DNA of 64,000 bases from positions 2,469,242-2,533,241 of the forward strand of contig CAWGHO010000002.1 in assembly GCA_963822445.1 (NCBI GenBank), given 5' to 3'. Positions within the stretch are counted from its first letter, which is position 1, and every line of letters starts with the position of its first letter. Source of the stretch: an uncultured Acidobacteriota bacterium (GTDB lineage Bacteria > Acidobacteriota > Thermoanaerobaculia > Gp7-AA8). Under the pieces are notes generated by a model. It had not been told where the DNA came from, made no database searches, and saw only the letters and a list, made by a program, of their open reading frames with translations. This document shows, one piece after another, positions 38,877-51,326 of the stretch. Position numbers and translations under genes: made by a program.

Positions 38877-39749
38877 TCATCGCTTTCTCAGAAAGACGTC
38901 GTCGATCAGCAGCTCGAACGTGCCCGGCACCGAAGAGATGCTGCCGATGATCATGAAGGCGCTCTTCGTGTCGAAGTGGAGGCGCTGCGTGCGCGACTCC
39001 GACAGCCAGACGTTCGGCGTGGTGATCTTCGTCGCCACCGGCGAGGGGGTGATCGCTCCGGAATTGCAGTCCGGGCCTGTGTACTCGACGACCACGAAGA
39101 TGGCATTGCCACTCGTCGAAGTGGCGAAGAACTTTCCGCCGAAGAGATAGATCTCGCCGCCTTCCACGTCCACGCATTGCAATCGCTGGAACGTGTGGCC
39201 GGGCATGCCGGCGACGCGGATGTTGCGCATGAGGATCGAGCCCGAATTCGGGTTGCCGTTCGCGTCGGACGACGACCACTGCGCCGAGCCCTGGCCGTTC
39301 GGAAACTCGTCGCGCCAGCCCCAGAAGGACAGGTCGGTGTTGAAGCCGCCGTTCCGCAGCACGTTGTTGTCGACCGGCGGGGAGATCAGCGGAGAGCCGT
39401 CCTGAGTGAACTGGTAACGGATCCCGGCGATCAACACATCCGCGACGCGCGGAACGTTGAGCGGATTCGGGGCGACGTCGACCAGGACCGAGTTGCCGAA
39501 GCGCTCGACGGTCACCCACTCGGTGAGCGAGTAGGCGTTCCAGGAAGTGCAGGTCGACGGTGAGCCGATGACGTGAATCGTCCCGCTCTCGAGCCCTTCC
39601 GCGCTGATCGAGGTGGCGAAGGAAAGGGTCAGGCTCAGGGAGAACGAGCATTGCGGCGCGGGCGAGCGCACGGCCCGGTGGCGCTGCGCGGCGGCATCGA
39701 GAGACACGAGGAGCGCGACGACGGAGAGGAGGGAAGAAAAGCGGGTCAT
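38877..39749 (-). CDS. secreted hypothetical protein (BACON-like domain + carbohydrate-binding-like domain)
   Basis: Signal peptide; C.W.A.S...WV.V...V.PN....R......AG...TQ BACON-like pattern, then N.L.NGGF..D...W ... DDV.L. Confidence 0.7.
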   Translation of the reverse strand: MTRFSSLLSVVALLVSLDAAAQRHRAVRSPAPQCSFSLSLTLSFATSISAEGLESGTIHVIGSPSTCTSWNAYSLTEWVTVERFGNSVLVDVAPNPLNVPRVADVLIAGIRYQFTQDGSPLISPPVDNNVLRNGGFNTDLSFWGWRDEFPNGQGSAQWSSSDANGNPNSGSILMRNIRVAGMPGHTFQRLQCVDVEGGEIYLFGGKFFATSTSGNAIFVVVEYTGPDCNSGAITPSPVATKITTPNVWLSESRTQRLHFDTKSAFMIIGSISSVPGTFELLIDDVFLRKR

Positions 39750-39815
39750 GAGTGCCTGAAAAGGGTAACAGACACTGGCAATCACTCGTATGCCGTAATA
39801 GCATATCGATTCCCA

Positions 39816-41891
39816 ATGCGCCTCCTGATTCTCCTCTTCCTGACGCTTTCCGGTATCGCTCACGCCCAACCTCGATTCGGTGGGCCGCAGGCCATCGCTC
39901 CCGACTTGCGCACGCCCGCCGCGGTTCGGACCAAGTCGCTGGCCGCGTCCAGGTTCGGCGACGGGACCATCGTGGCCTGGGCAGATGAGCGAGGCGTCCA
40001 TGTCGTGCGGCTCGACGCGCGCGGCGCGCTGATCGATCCACTGCCAAAGAACATTTCCGCCTTCGCGGAGGCGAGGAACCTCCTTGTGGCCACGGATGGC
40101 ACCGACGTGCTGGTCGGATGGACGATCGCCACCGGTACTCAAAACGAGTCGCGCATCGTGGTCCTCACCGGCGGCACGCAACATACGGTGACCCAGCGGT
40201 TCCCCGACCCGCTCGATGCGCTGCTCCACACGGGCAGCCGTTATCTGGCGATCACGGGTGGCGTCAACAACCGCGCGGAGATCCTGGAGCTCGACCGCCG
40301 CGGCTTCATCCTCTCCTCGGCATCACTGGGCCTCGGCACATCGAACAGCGATCCGCTCCAATGGAATCAGGGCTTCTTCGTCGATCGGGGAGTGGCCTGG
40401 CTCGTCACGGACGTCGCCCGTAATCCGACACGGCTCGCTGTGAGCGACGCCAATGGAAAGCCGCAACGGCCGGTAGCTCACCCACTCGGAATCGACTTAC
40501 CGTTCGACCGGCCGCTCCATTCCGCGGGCACTGTCGACGGTATCTGGTACGTCGTCCATGGCCGTCCCGGCGGTCGTCATTACGTTTCGTTCGAGGGCTC
40601 GTCCACGCCGATCGCCGTCGACGGGTTCAAGCAGATCACTCATCGCGCGACCCGCGCATCCGGGGGCGAGTTGTACCTGTTCGGAACCGCAAGTGATGAC
40701 TCGCGCAACCTTCATGGCGCCCGGGTCCCGCCGAGCGGGCGCGTACGGCACTTCGAGGTCGCCGGCGCGGGAAATCTGAGGACGGCGGCCTCAGTCGCCA
40801 TCAACCACAGCGTGCTTCTCCTCACCGCGAGCGCCGTTTCGACCGAACCGTTGAACCCGCCTTCACCTCCTGCGGCGAGGATCATCCGCCCTTTTCCTTT
40901 CGGCGAGCGCACGCTGGTCCGAGCGCCGATCGTGCTGGCCTGGGCGCCGGCGACTCAGACCGAAGTATCCGTGGTGGCGCATGGCGCTGGCTTTCTCGCC
41001 GCGTGGCAGCAACTGACGATCGATGGCCTCGAAGTGTGGACGCGACTGCTCGACAGAAATGGCAAGCATGCCGGCGAGCCGCGCGCGATCGGACGCGGCG
41101 CCACGAGGAAAATCGCCAGCAACGGCAATGTCGCTCTGGTAGTCGCAGCGGACCGCGGCGTCGTCGAACTGCGGCGCGTCGACGCGGCGGGCAAGCCGCT
41201 CGGCGAGACGATCATCCTCGATCGCGCGACCAGCGCGCGGATCATCGGCGCCGGCTGGGATGGCGTGCAGTTCAGCGTCGCCTGGGCCACCGACACGCAG
41301 GTTTCAGCAACAGCACTGACCGCGGGTGGAGAGTTGCTCTTACCTGAGCCGGTCCGGCTGGCGGAGCCCAGGCCCTCCCTCTACGACCACATGACTTTCA
41401 CCGTGTCGCCGTTCGGAGCGTTGGTCGTCTACCAGGTCTCAGCGAACGTTCAAGAGACGTGGGCGGTCCGTCTGGGCCGCGATCTCCGGCCCGCCGGCGC
41501 TCCATTCCCCGTCCTGGGGATTCCGACTCTGTACCCGCAAACCGTCTGGACGGGGCAGGAGTACATCGTCACCGTCAGCCACGGCAATTCGCTCCGCGCG
41601 GCACGAGTCTCGCCGGCGGGCGAAGCACTCGACGCTCCGTATGGTCTCTGGCTGTCGCCCGGCGGAACGGAACACCGCGCCGCCTATGGCAACGGACGGC
41701 TGATCCTTGTCGGCAACACTAGAGGACTCATCACTGATCGCGAGTTGCGTACCTCGGTTGTGATCGCAACCGAACAGATCTCCTGGATCGTCGGCAACGT
41801 CGCCATCCGCGACGACGGCCCGGCGCTGTTCGCCTATGTGGCTCACAACGGCGCGCCATCGACGCTCGCGTACGTCCGGACCATTCCGTAG
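39816..41891 (+). CDS. large secreted hypothetical protein with beta-rich repeats
   Basis: Signal peptide MRLLILLFLTLSGIAHA; recurring [VA]W...R[LV]D..G units. Confidence 0.75.
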   Translation: MRLLILLFLTLSGIAHAQPRFGGPQAIAPDLRTPAAVRTKSLAASRFGDGTIVAWADERGVHVVRLDARGALIDPLPKNISAFAEARNLLVATDGTDVLVGWTIATGTQNESRIVVLTGGTQHTVTQRFPDPLDALLHTGSRYLAITGGVNNRAEILELDRRGFILSSASLGLGTSNSDPLQWNQGFFVDRGVAWLVTDVARNPTRLAVSDANGKPQRPVAHPLGIDLPFDRPLHSAGTVDGIWYVVHGRPGGRHYVSFEGSSTPIAVDGFKQITHRATRASGGELYLFGTASDDSRNLHGARVPPSGRVRHFEVAGAGNLRTAASVAINHSVLLLTASAVSTEPLNPPSPPAARIIRPFPFGERTLVRAPIVLAWAPATQTEVSVVAHGAGFLAAWQQLTIDGLEVWTRLLDRNGKHAGEPRAIGRGATRKIASNGNVALVVAADRGVVELRRVDAAGKPLGETIILDRATSARIIGAGWDGVQFSVAWATDTQVSATALTAGGELLLPEPVRLAEPRPSLYDHMTFTVSPFGALVVYQVSANVQETWAVRLGRDLRPAGAPFPVLGIPTLYPQTVWTGQEYIVTVSHGNSLRAARVSPAGEALDAPYGLWLSPGGTEHRAAYGNGRLILVGNTRGLITDRELRTSVVIATEQISWIVGNVAIRDDGPALFAYVAHNGAPSTLAYVRTIP

Positions 41892-41966
41892 AGAATGAAT
41901 CCGCGCGAACCGTGCGTTACAATTCGCGCCCTCTCAAAAAATGGAATATCCCCGAAGGAGTTCGCT

Positions 41967-43924
41967 GTGTCCGAGACCCTGATCGCGGCTGATGCCGCTG
42001 AAGAAGTGGGAACGGGCCCTGACAGCCCCCATCGTCAACGACCTGACCATTCATGTCGCGACGGTGAACGGCTCCGGCTCGCAGTCGTCCAACAACGTCC
42101 TCATGCGGACGATCTTCCAGATGGGCGTGCCCGTCAGCGGCAAGAACATGTTCCCCTCGAACATCGCCGGCCTGCCGACCTGGTTCACGATCCGCGCGAA
42201 CAAGGACGGATGGATCGGCCGGAAGAAGGAAGTCGACCTGATGATCTGCATGAACGCGCAGACCTCCAGGGAAGACGTGGAAGGCCTCGCCGCCGGCTCG
42301 CTGTGCATCTACGACGCGCCGCTGAACTGCAAGGCCATCCGCGACGACGTGGTCTTCTTCGAAGTGCCGTTCTCGAAGCTCGCCGCCGATCTCTCCGACG
42401 ATTCGAAGCTGCGCAAGCTGCTGACGAACATGATCTACGTCGGCATCGTCGCCGAGCTCTTGGGCCTCGACCGCAACGAGATCCTCAGCGCCCTCAACAA
42501 GCAGTTCAAGGGGAAGAAGAAAGCGATCGACGCGAATGTCGCTGCGATCGACAAGGGCATCGACTACGCGAAAGCGAATCTGCCCCGCCAGAACAAATGG
42601 CGCATCGAGCGGATGAACGCGACCGCCGGCAAGATCATCATCGACGGCAACGCCGCAGCGGCGATCGGCGCGATGTTCGCCGGCGTCACGGTCGTCACCT
42701 GGTACCCGATCACGCCGTCGTCATCGCTCTGCGAGTCGCTGATCGATTACATGCGCCAGTACCGGATCGAGGAGGACGGCAAGGCCACCTTCGCGGTCGT
42801 GCAGGCCGAAGACGAGCTGGCCGCGGTCGGCATGGTCCTCGGCGCAGGATGGGCGGGCGCGCGATCGATGACCTCGACCGCGGGCCCCGGCATCTCGCTC
42901 ATGGCCGAATTCATCGGCCTCGGCTACTTCGCCGAGATCCCCGGCGTGATCTGGGACATCCAGCGCGTCGGTCCGTCGACCGGACTGCCCACCCGCACCG
43001 CGCAAGGCGACGTCAATCAGGTCGCGTATCTCTCGCACGGCGACACGCAGCACATCGTGCTCATCCCGAACAGCGTCAACGAATGCTTCGAGTTCGCGCA
43101 GTGCGCGCTCGATCTGGCCGAGGAGTTCCAGACGCCGGTGTTCTGCCTGAGCGATCTCGATCTCGGCATGAACCTCTGGATGTCCGATCCATTCGAATAT
43201 CCGGAAAAGCCGATCAAACGCGGCAAGGTCCTCAACGCCGAGCAGCTCACCGCGCTGCGAAGGCAAGTGGGGCCGTTACGCGGACGTCGACGGCGACGGC
43301 ATTCCCTGGCGCACGCTGCCGGGCACTGATCATCCGTTCGCGTCCTACTTCACCCGCGGCTCCGGTCATGACGCGCAGGCGCGTTACTCCGAGCGGCCGC
43401 AGGACTACAAAGACACGGTCGACCGTCTCGCGAAAAAGTACGAGACCGCGAAGCTGTTCGTACCCCCGCCGGAGATCGATCAGCGCGAAGGCGCGAAGAT
43501 CGGCCTGCTCGCGTACGGCACGACCCACTGGGCGCTCGAAGAGGCGCGCCATCAGCTGCGCACCGAGTCGGGCGTGGAGACGAGCTACTTCCGTCTGCGC
43601 GCGCTGCCGTTCACCGAAGAGCTCAAGCAGTTCGTCGCGACTCATGACCGCGTGTACATCGTCGAACAGAACCGCGACGGCCAGATGGCGGACATGATCC
43701 GCCTCGAAGTGGGCGAGGATCAGCGCAAGCTTCGCAAGATCCTGCACTACACGGGATTGCCCTGTGACGCGCGGACGATCACCGACGCCGTGCTGAAGAT
43801 GGAGTCGACGGCGTCGCTTCCCGAGCCGCTGCTGCTCGTGCGGGCCGACGCGAAGCTGACCAGTGGACCGATTACGCAAGTGCCCGGTGCTCCGGCGCGG
43901 CGCGAAGTTCGGGCGGAGGACTAA
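41967..43924 (+). CDS. korA: 2-oxoacid:ferredoxin oxidoreductase alpha subunit, +1 frameshifts near 42028 and 43258
   Basis: AAGGAG SD then GTG 41967; NGSGSQS, WYPITPSS, QAEDELAA, QRVGPSTGLPT; C-terminus YADVDGDGIP..TLPG...VEQNRDGQ lies in the next frame. Confidence 0.92.
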
Positions 43925-43927
43925 CCG

Positions 43928-44978
43928 ATGGCTGAAAGCACTCTGAAACTCGGCACAGGCGAAGCGATCAAGGAAAACCGCGCGGGCCTCAAGGCGACGG
44001 ATTACTCCGGCGGCAAGTCGACGCTCTGCGCCGGCTGCGGCCACGACGCCATCAGCAACCAGATCATCCGCGCCTTCTTCGAGATGAGCGTGAAGCCGGA
44101 GAAGGTCGCCAAGTTCTCGGGCATCGGCTGTTCGTCGAAAACACCCGCGTACTTTCTGAACCGTTCGCACGGCTTCAACTCCGTGCACGGCCGCATGCCC
44201 GCGGTCGCAACCGGCGCGATCCTCGCCAATCACACGCTGCAGGCCATCGGCGTCTCCGGCGACGGCGACACCGCCTCGATCGGCCTCGGCCAGTTCATGC
44301 ACATGGTCCGCCGCAACATCTCGATCATCTACATCATCGAGAACAACGGCGTGTACGGTTTGACCAAGGGGCAGTTCTCGGCGACCGCCGACGAAGGCTC
44401 GAAGCTGAAGACCGGCGTCGTCAACGATCTGCCGCCGATGGATCTTTGTGCGCTCGCCGTGGAGCTGGGATGCGGCTTCGTGGCTCGCGGCTTTGCCGGC
44501 GACCCGAAGCAGATGGTGAACATCCTCAAGGCCGCGATCGCCCACGACGGCATGGCGGTGATCGACGTGATCTCCCCCTGCGTCACCTTCAACAATCACG
44601 AAGGCTCGACGAAGGGCTATCAGTATTCGAAAGAGCACCAGGAGCTGCTGCACCAGATCGGCTTCGTGCCCGAGTACGAACAGATCGAGATCGATTACGA
44701 GCCCGGCACCGTCCGCGAAGTGGAGATGCACGACGGCTCGAAGATCGTGCTCAGGAAGCTGGAAGAGGATTACGACCCGAGCGACGACGTGATGGCTCTG
44801 CAGCGCCTGCACCGCGCCAACCGTGCCGGCCAGATGCTCACCGGCATCGTCCATCTTCGCCCGGAAAAGAAGAACTTCATGAGCCTTCTGAACGTGACCG
44901 ACGAGCCGCTGAACACGTTGCCGCTCGAGCGAATCCGGCCGTCAAGGGAAGCGCTGCAGAAGATCATGCGCGATCTTC

Positions 44979-44983
<5 letters not shown>
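43928..44983 (+). CDS. korB: 2-oxoacid:ferredoxin oxidoreductase beta subunit
   Basis: LCAGCGH, SGIGCSS, HGR, SGDGD, NNGVYGLTKGQ.S, SPCVTFN. Confidence 0.95.
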
Positions 44984-46515
<1,532 letters not shown>

Positions 46516-46595
46516 TCGCGCGCCAGCCTTTTCGCGGGCTGCGTCCCTGCCTCGCGCCCCGATGAGGGGGGTTTTAGCACATTCGTAACCAGGAG

Positions 46596-46675
46596 CGGGT
46601 AGGCGGTAGGCAGTAGGCGGTAGGCAGGAGGCCACCGCACGCCCCCGCATACCGCCTACCGCTTACCGCCTACCG
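46596..46675. repeat. inverted pair of 7-nt tandem arrays (GGCRGTA type)
   Basis: GGTA GGCGGTA GGCAGTA GGCGGTA GGCAGGA ... TACCG CCTACCG CTTACCG CCTACCG. Confidence 0.9.
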
Positions 46676-46741
46676 ATTCCTCTGGCACCTGAAATGCGTC
46701 TCAACCCCATGATGGTTGGCCTTCTCAATGCGAGTGCTACG

Positions 46742-48649
46742 ATGAAAACGATGCTGAAGTTGGTGTGTCTGACGGCAGTCCTGACGTTCACGGCGGCCGC
46801 CGGCGCACAAGAGACCACGACCGATTACTACGAGTTCCTGCTCGCGAAACTGGCCGCCACGGAAGGGCGTTATGACGACGCTCTCACCCGCCTCGACAAA
46901 CTGATCGCGAAAACCCCGAACGATCCGGTTCTGACTTACGAGCGGGCCGTGCTGTTCATCGATGCCGGCCGCATCGATAGGGCCATTCAGGAGCTTCGCG
47001 CCATCGCCGACAAGCACCCCGACTTTTACGACGCCCATCGCGTTCTCGGGCGCGTTCTGCTCGATCGCGCCGGCGCCGACCGCTCCGGCATCGACGACGC
47101 GCTCAAATATCTGCAGATCGCTTTCAAGCTCAATCCCGACGACCTGTCGACCGGGCTTGCCGTCGCGCAGCTCTTTCAATCGACGGGACGCATGCAGGAC
47201 GCCGAGCGCATCCTCGCCACGATGGTCGAGCGCACGCCCGATCAGCGCATCGTCAATTACAACTACGCCAACGTCCTGACCAAGCTCGGCCGGGGCAATG
47301 AAGCGAAGCCGTACCTTGAACGGGCCGTGGCCGCCGATCCGACGTTCGGTCCGGCGATCATGCAGCTCCTGGACATGTACCAGGAGGAGAACGAGTGGCT
47401 GAAAGCCGCGACCGTCCTCCAGCCGCTCATCGCCGACGATCCGCTGAATCTCGAGATGCAGCGCCAGCAGGCGTTCTTCTATCTCCGCGGCGGCGACGCG
47501 CGGAACGCCAATGTTCGCTACCGCGCGCTGATCGCGGCCGATCCAAAAGACACGCGCTCGCAGTTCGGCCTCGCCGAATCGCTGAATGATCTCGAGCAGT
47601 ACGCGGAAGCAGAGGCGATCTACGCGAAATTGCTCGTGGATTCGCCGAAGGAGCCCGAGCTCCTCGGCAGCTACGGTCTCAGCCTGATCGGTCAGAAGAA
47701 GTGGGACCAGGCCGCGGCGACGTTCACGAAACTGCTCGGCCTCGGCGACGCGCCGGATCATCTGGCCGCGCTAGCTCGCACCCAGCTCGCGCACATCGAT
47801 CTGCGGAAAGAGAACTACGCGGCAGCCGTCGACACGGCGAAGTCGATCTTCATCTTTCGCGAGCGTCCGAATGCCCAGGCCATCAACATCGCCCTCGAGG
47901 CGTTGAAGAAACAGAACAAGTCCGCCGAGGCACTGGCGCTGCTCGAGCCGCTGGTCACGAAGTTCCCCAACGATCCGTTCGTGAATGCGCGTTACGTCGA
48001 GGTTCTCGTGCGCGCGGGCAAGAAGGACAACGCGAAACAGCACGCGGCCGTACAGGCGAAGCTCGGCGCGCGCAATGCGATCACCGTGGCCGAGGCTTAC
48101 ATCCAGGCTGGTGACAATGCGGCGGCTGCGGAGTTGATCAAGAGCGCCGCCGCCGCGCGTCCCGACGATGTCGACCTCCGCTTCCAGGTCGGATCGGTCC
48201 TCGAGCGCGCCGGCGACCGCAAGGGCTCCGAGAAGGCGTTCCTCGAAGTGCTCGAGAAAAACGCCGACCACGCCCCGACCCTCAACTACCTCGGCTACAT
48301 GTGGGCCGAGAGCGGCGTGAACCTGGAGAAAGCACACGAGATGCTGACCCGCGCGGTCGGCCAGGAACCGAACAACGGCGCGTACGTCGACTCGCTGGGC
48401 TGGGTCTACTTCCGCCTCGGCAAGCTCGATCTCGCCGAGAAGTATCTCGTCGATGCCACACGGCTTTCGCCGCGCGACGCGACGGTTCACGAGCATCTCG
48501 GCGACGTGCTCGCCGCGCGCGGCGACCTCGATCGCGCGTTGAAGGTTTACCGCACCGCGCTCGATCTCGATCCGGAGTCCAAGGACGTCGACAAGATCCG
48601 CAACAAGATCGCGGAGCTCGAGCGGAAGGCGCAGACCTCGGCGCGATGA
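46742..48649 (+). CDS. secreted multi-TPR protein
   Basis: Signal peptide; LNYLGY.WA, AYVDSLGWVYFRLG, EHLGDV, typical of the TPR gene upstream of lolB-ispE. Confidence 0.9.
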   Translation: MKTMLKLVCLTAVLTFTAAAGAQETTTDYYEFLLAKLAATEGRYDDALTRLDKLIAKTPNDPVLTYERAVLFIDAGRIDRAIQELRAIADKHPDFYDAHRVLGRVLLDRAGADRSGIDDALKYLQIAFKLNPDDLSTGLAVAQLFQSTGRMQDAERILATMVERTPDQRIVNYNYANVLTKLGRGNEAKPYLERAVAADPTFGPAIMQLLDMYQEENEWLKAATVLQPLIADDPLNLEMQRQQAFFYLRGGDARNANVRYRALIAADPKDTRSQFGLAESLNDLEQYAEAEAIYAKLLVDSPKEPELLGSYGLSLIGQKKWDQAAATFTKLLGLGDAPDHLAALARTQLAHIDLRKENYAAAVDTAKSIFIFRERPNAQAINIALEALKKQNKSAEALALLEPLVTKFPNDPFVNARYVEVLVRAGKKDNAKQHAAVQAKLGARNAITVAEAYIQAGDNAAAAELIKSAAAARPDDVDLRFQVGSVLERAGDRKGSEKAFLEVLEKNADHAPTLNYLGYMWAESGVNLEKAHEMLTRAVGQEPNNGAYVDSLGWVYFRLGKLDLAEKYLVDATRLSPRDATVHEHLGDVLAARGDLDRALKVYRTALDLDPESKDVDKIRNKIAELERKAQTSAR

Positions 48650-49218
48650 AGTCCGCGCTGGCGCTCATCACAGCCATCTTTCTGTTGGTCTCCTGCCGGT
48701 CGACCCGCCCCAGCGGGTCGCCGGTCGCTCCGCTTACCGCGGTCACCGTCGAAGACACGACCGCGCAGTTGCGCGAGCGGCGCGCGAACTTCACGGGGAT
48801 GAAGAGCCTCATGCAGGTGCGCGCGAACGTGAACGGAAAGACGCAGTCCTTTCGCGCGCAACTCATCGTGCATGACGCGCAGCGGATGGAGCTGATCGCC
48901 TACACACCGGTGGGCACGACCGCGCTGAACATGAAGGCCAACGGCTACAAAGTCGATACGAAGCCGGCTGTGCCGCCGGAGTCGTTCAGCTTCCTGCATA
49001 GCGCCGGTCTGACGCCGGCCGAGACGGGGATGCTCATCCTCGGCATCCCTCCGCGAGACGATCTGAGCGTCACTTTCGGCATCGGCGGGATCGCCAATGC
49101 CACTGCGGGAGGCATGAGCGCGGACTTCGATCCACCGTCGTTTCCCCCGAAACGCGTGGTGATCACCCGTGGCGCGGACCGCATCGAGATCGAGCATCTG
49201 GAGGTCGTGTCCGAGTGA
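48646..49218 (+). CDS. lipoprotein, putative LolB-like fold
   Basis: Lipobox LVSC; beta-rich, contains MELIAYTPVGT; lies between TPR gene and ispE with 4-nt overlaps. Confidence 0.6.
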   Translation: MKSALALITAIFLLVSCRSTRPSGSPVAPLTAVTVEDTTAQLRERRANFTGMKSLMQVRANVNGKTQSFRAQLIVHDAQRMELIAYTPVGTTALNMKANGYKVDTKPAVPPESFSFLHSAGLTPAETGMLILGIPPRDDLSVTFGIGGIANATAGGMSADFDPPSFPPKRVVITRGADRIEIEHLEVVSE

Positions 49219-50003
49219 AGCTGCGCTCGTACGCGAAGATCAACTGGTCGCTGCGCATCACCGGAAAACGCGCCGACGGCTATCACGACATCGAGACCGT
49301 TTTTCAGACGATCTCCCTTCATGACGACCTCACCTTCCGCGAGTCAGACGCGCTCTCTCTGACCTGCGATGACCCGACCATTCCCACGGACGACACGAAT
49401 CTCGTCCTTCGCGCCGCGCGTGCAGTGAAAGCGAAACCATTCGCAATCGATCTCCACAAGCGGATTCCGGCGGGTGGCGGACTGGGTGGAGGCTCGTCGA
49501 ATGCCGCGGCAACGTTGCGTGCGCTCGGCGGAGATCGTGACGACCTGCCCGAGATCGCGCTGAGCCTCGGATCCGACATCCCGTTCTTCCTCACCGGCGG
49601 AACCGCGTATGCGACCGGCCGCGGTGAGGTGCTCACGTCCTTGCCGCCGATGAGCGAGATCCCGCTCCTTCTCGTGCTCCCCGAAGAGCGGGTAAGCACG
49701 CGCGAGGCGTATGCGCGAATCGCGCGTTACTCGAAGCCGCTGGGCATCGAGGCCTATCGCGAATTCGCCGCGTTCACGAACGACTTCGAAGAGCCGGTGT
49801 TCGCGATGTATCCACGACTGCGCGAGCTCAAGTCGCGGCTGTACGACGCGGGGGCGAAGTGGGCGCAGATGAGCGGATCGGGATCGACGCTGGTCGGCGC
49901 ATTCGAAAGCGCGGCGGCGCGCTCGGAGGCGGCCGCCGCGTTTCGGGATGTACGAATCGAGAAGTGCGTTACGACGCGCGCCGGATCAGGTCCCGGCGAC
50001 TGA
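49215..50003 (+). CDS. ispE: 4-(cytidine 5'-diphospho)-2-C-methyl-D-erythritol kinase
   Basis: AKIN..L.ITGKRADGYH, KRIP.GGGLGGGSSNAA, LGSDIPFF, NDFE, MSGSGS. Confidence 0.97.
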   Translation: MKLRSYAKINWSLRITGKRADGYHDIETVFQTISLHDDLTFRESDALSLTCDDPTIPTDDTNLVLRAARAVKAKPFAIDLHKRIPAGGGLGGGSSNAAATLRALGGDRDDLPEIALSLGSDIPFFLTGGTAYATGRGEVLTSLPPMSEIPLLLVLPEERVSTREAYARIARYSKPLGIEAYREFAAFTNDFEEPVFAMYPRLRELKSRLYDAGAKWAQMSGSGSTLVGAFESAAARSEAAAAFRDVRIEKCVTTRAGSGPGD

Positions 50004-51323
50004 CACGCCGTCGAATACCAGAGTCGGCGGGCGCAGCGCCGAGTACGGGAACGGATCGTTGCCGACCGCGACGAGCTTCTTCCAGAACTCGAGATGGTTG
50101 CCGGAGAGGTTCATCTCCGACACCGGCTCCGCGATCACGCCGTTGCGCACGCGGAAACCGACCACGCCGACCGAAAAGTCGCCGGTGCCGCCGTTGGAGT
50201 TGCCGCCGATGAAGCCGGTGATCAGCAGCGCTTCCTTCGCGTCCGCGAGCAGCTCTTTCTGACTCTTCGAGCCGAGCTTCCACGACAGATTCGACGGGCC
50301 GCCGCTGGTCGGCTCCAGCTTCAGCTTCCGGCCGTAGTACGTGTCGATGTAGTACGCCTTGAGCACGCCGTTCTCGATGATCGGACGCTTTTTCGCGGCG
50401 ATGCCCTCGCCGTCGAACTTGCGCGAGCCGAACGCTTTCGGGATGAGCGGATCGTCGGTGATGCTGATCAGCTCACTCACGATCGGCTGGCCGATCTTTC
50501 CTTCGAGGAACGAGCGCTTCTGCTGAATCGCGCCGCCGCTGAGCGGTCCCGCGAGCATGCCCACGAGCCGTCCCGCGGCGCGGTTGTCGACGATGACCGT
50601 CATGGCCGCGGTCTCACCTTTTTTCGCACCGAGGCGGCTGAGAGTCCGCTTCGCGGCTCCGATGCCGATGGCGGTGGGATCGGGAACCTCGTTCCAGAAG
50701 CGCGACCCCGCGTAGTCGTACTCCTCGGGGCGCCGTCCGTCGGCGTCCTTCGCGCTCACGCCGGCGGAGACGAAGAAGGTCGTCCCGCGGTTCGAGCCGG
50801 AGAAGCCGTTCGAGTTCACCATCCAGTTCTCGACGAGATTGCTCGAGAACGACGCGGTGACGGAGTTGAAGACTTCGTTGCCCTTCACCGCGCGTGCGGC
50901 GTCATGAACGGCTTTCGCGATCTTGCGGCCTTCGTCCGCGGTCACGCCGGCGTACTTCGGATCTTCCGTCTTCAGATCGACCGCCGCCTGGCCCTTGTAC
51001 AGCGCGGGATCGGGCAGCGAGCGGAAAGGATCCGGCGCGATGGTCTTGGCCAGCGTCACGTTGTCGCTGATGAACGTCTTAAGCGCCTCGGGCCGCAGGT
51101 CGCTCGTCGAAACGGTCGAGAACCGGCCGTCGACATAGAGCTGAAGCATCACGCCGCGCGTGGTCGATTCGGAGATCTTTTCGATCTTGCCGTCGCGCCA
51201 GTCGAGCGACACATCGCGAACGCGATACGCGCGCGCTCCGGCGTCCTTCGCTCCGGCACTCTTCGCGATCTCGATGCACTGGTTGGCAACAGCCAGCATG
51301 TCCTGGTCAGTATTTTTGCCCAT
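49986..51323 (-). CDS. pmbA: TldD/PmbA family protein, PmbA/TldE-type subunit
   Basis: No HExxxH; KRSFL, DDP......FDGEG, NGVL, TGDFS, PV.EM.LSGN. Confidence 0.9.
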   Translation of the reverse strand: MGKNTDQDMLAVANQCIEIAKSAGAKDAGARAYRVRDVSLDWRDGKIEKISESTTRGVMLQLYVDGRFSTVSTSDLRPEALKTFISDNVTLAKTIAPDPFRSLPDPALYKGQAAVDLKTEDPKYAGVTADEGRKIAKAVHDAARAVKGNEVFNSVTASFSSNLVENWMVNSNGFSGSNRGTTFFVSAGVSAKDADGRRPEEYDYAGSRFWNEVPDPTAIGIGAAKRTLSRLGAKKGETAAMTVIVDNRAAGRLVGMLAGPLSGGAIQQKRSFLEGKIGQPIVSELISITDDPLIPKAFGSRKFDGEGIAAKKRPIIENGVLKAYYIDTYYGRKLKLEPTSGGPSNLSWKLGSKSQKELLADAKEALLITGFIGGNSNGGTGDFSVGVVGFRVRNGVIAEPVSEMNLSGNHLEFWKKLVAVGNDPFPYSALRPPTLVFDGVSVAGT

Positions 51324-51326
51324 GAT

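Noticed and set aside
36729-38900. tRNA-Sec or other tRNA near selA
   Set aside because: No cloverleaf or T-loop/CCA pattern in the neighbouring intergenic sequence, which is filled by short repeats.
42021-43262. Programmed frameshifting or phase variation in korA
   Set aside because: No canonical slippery heptamer, and similar single insertions hit unrelated genes; sequencing error is more parsimonious.
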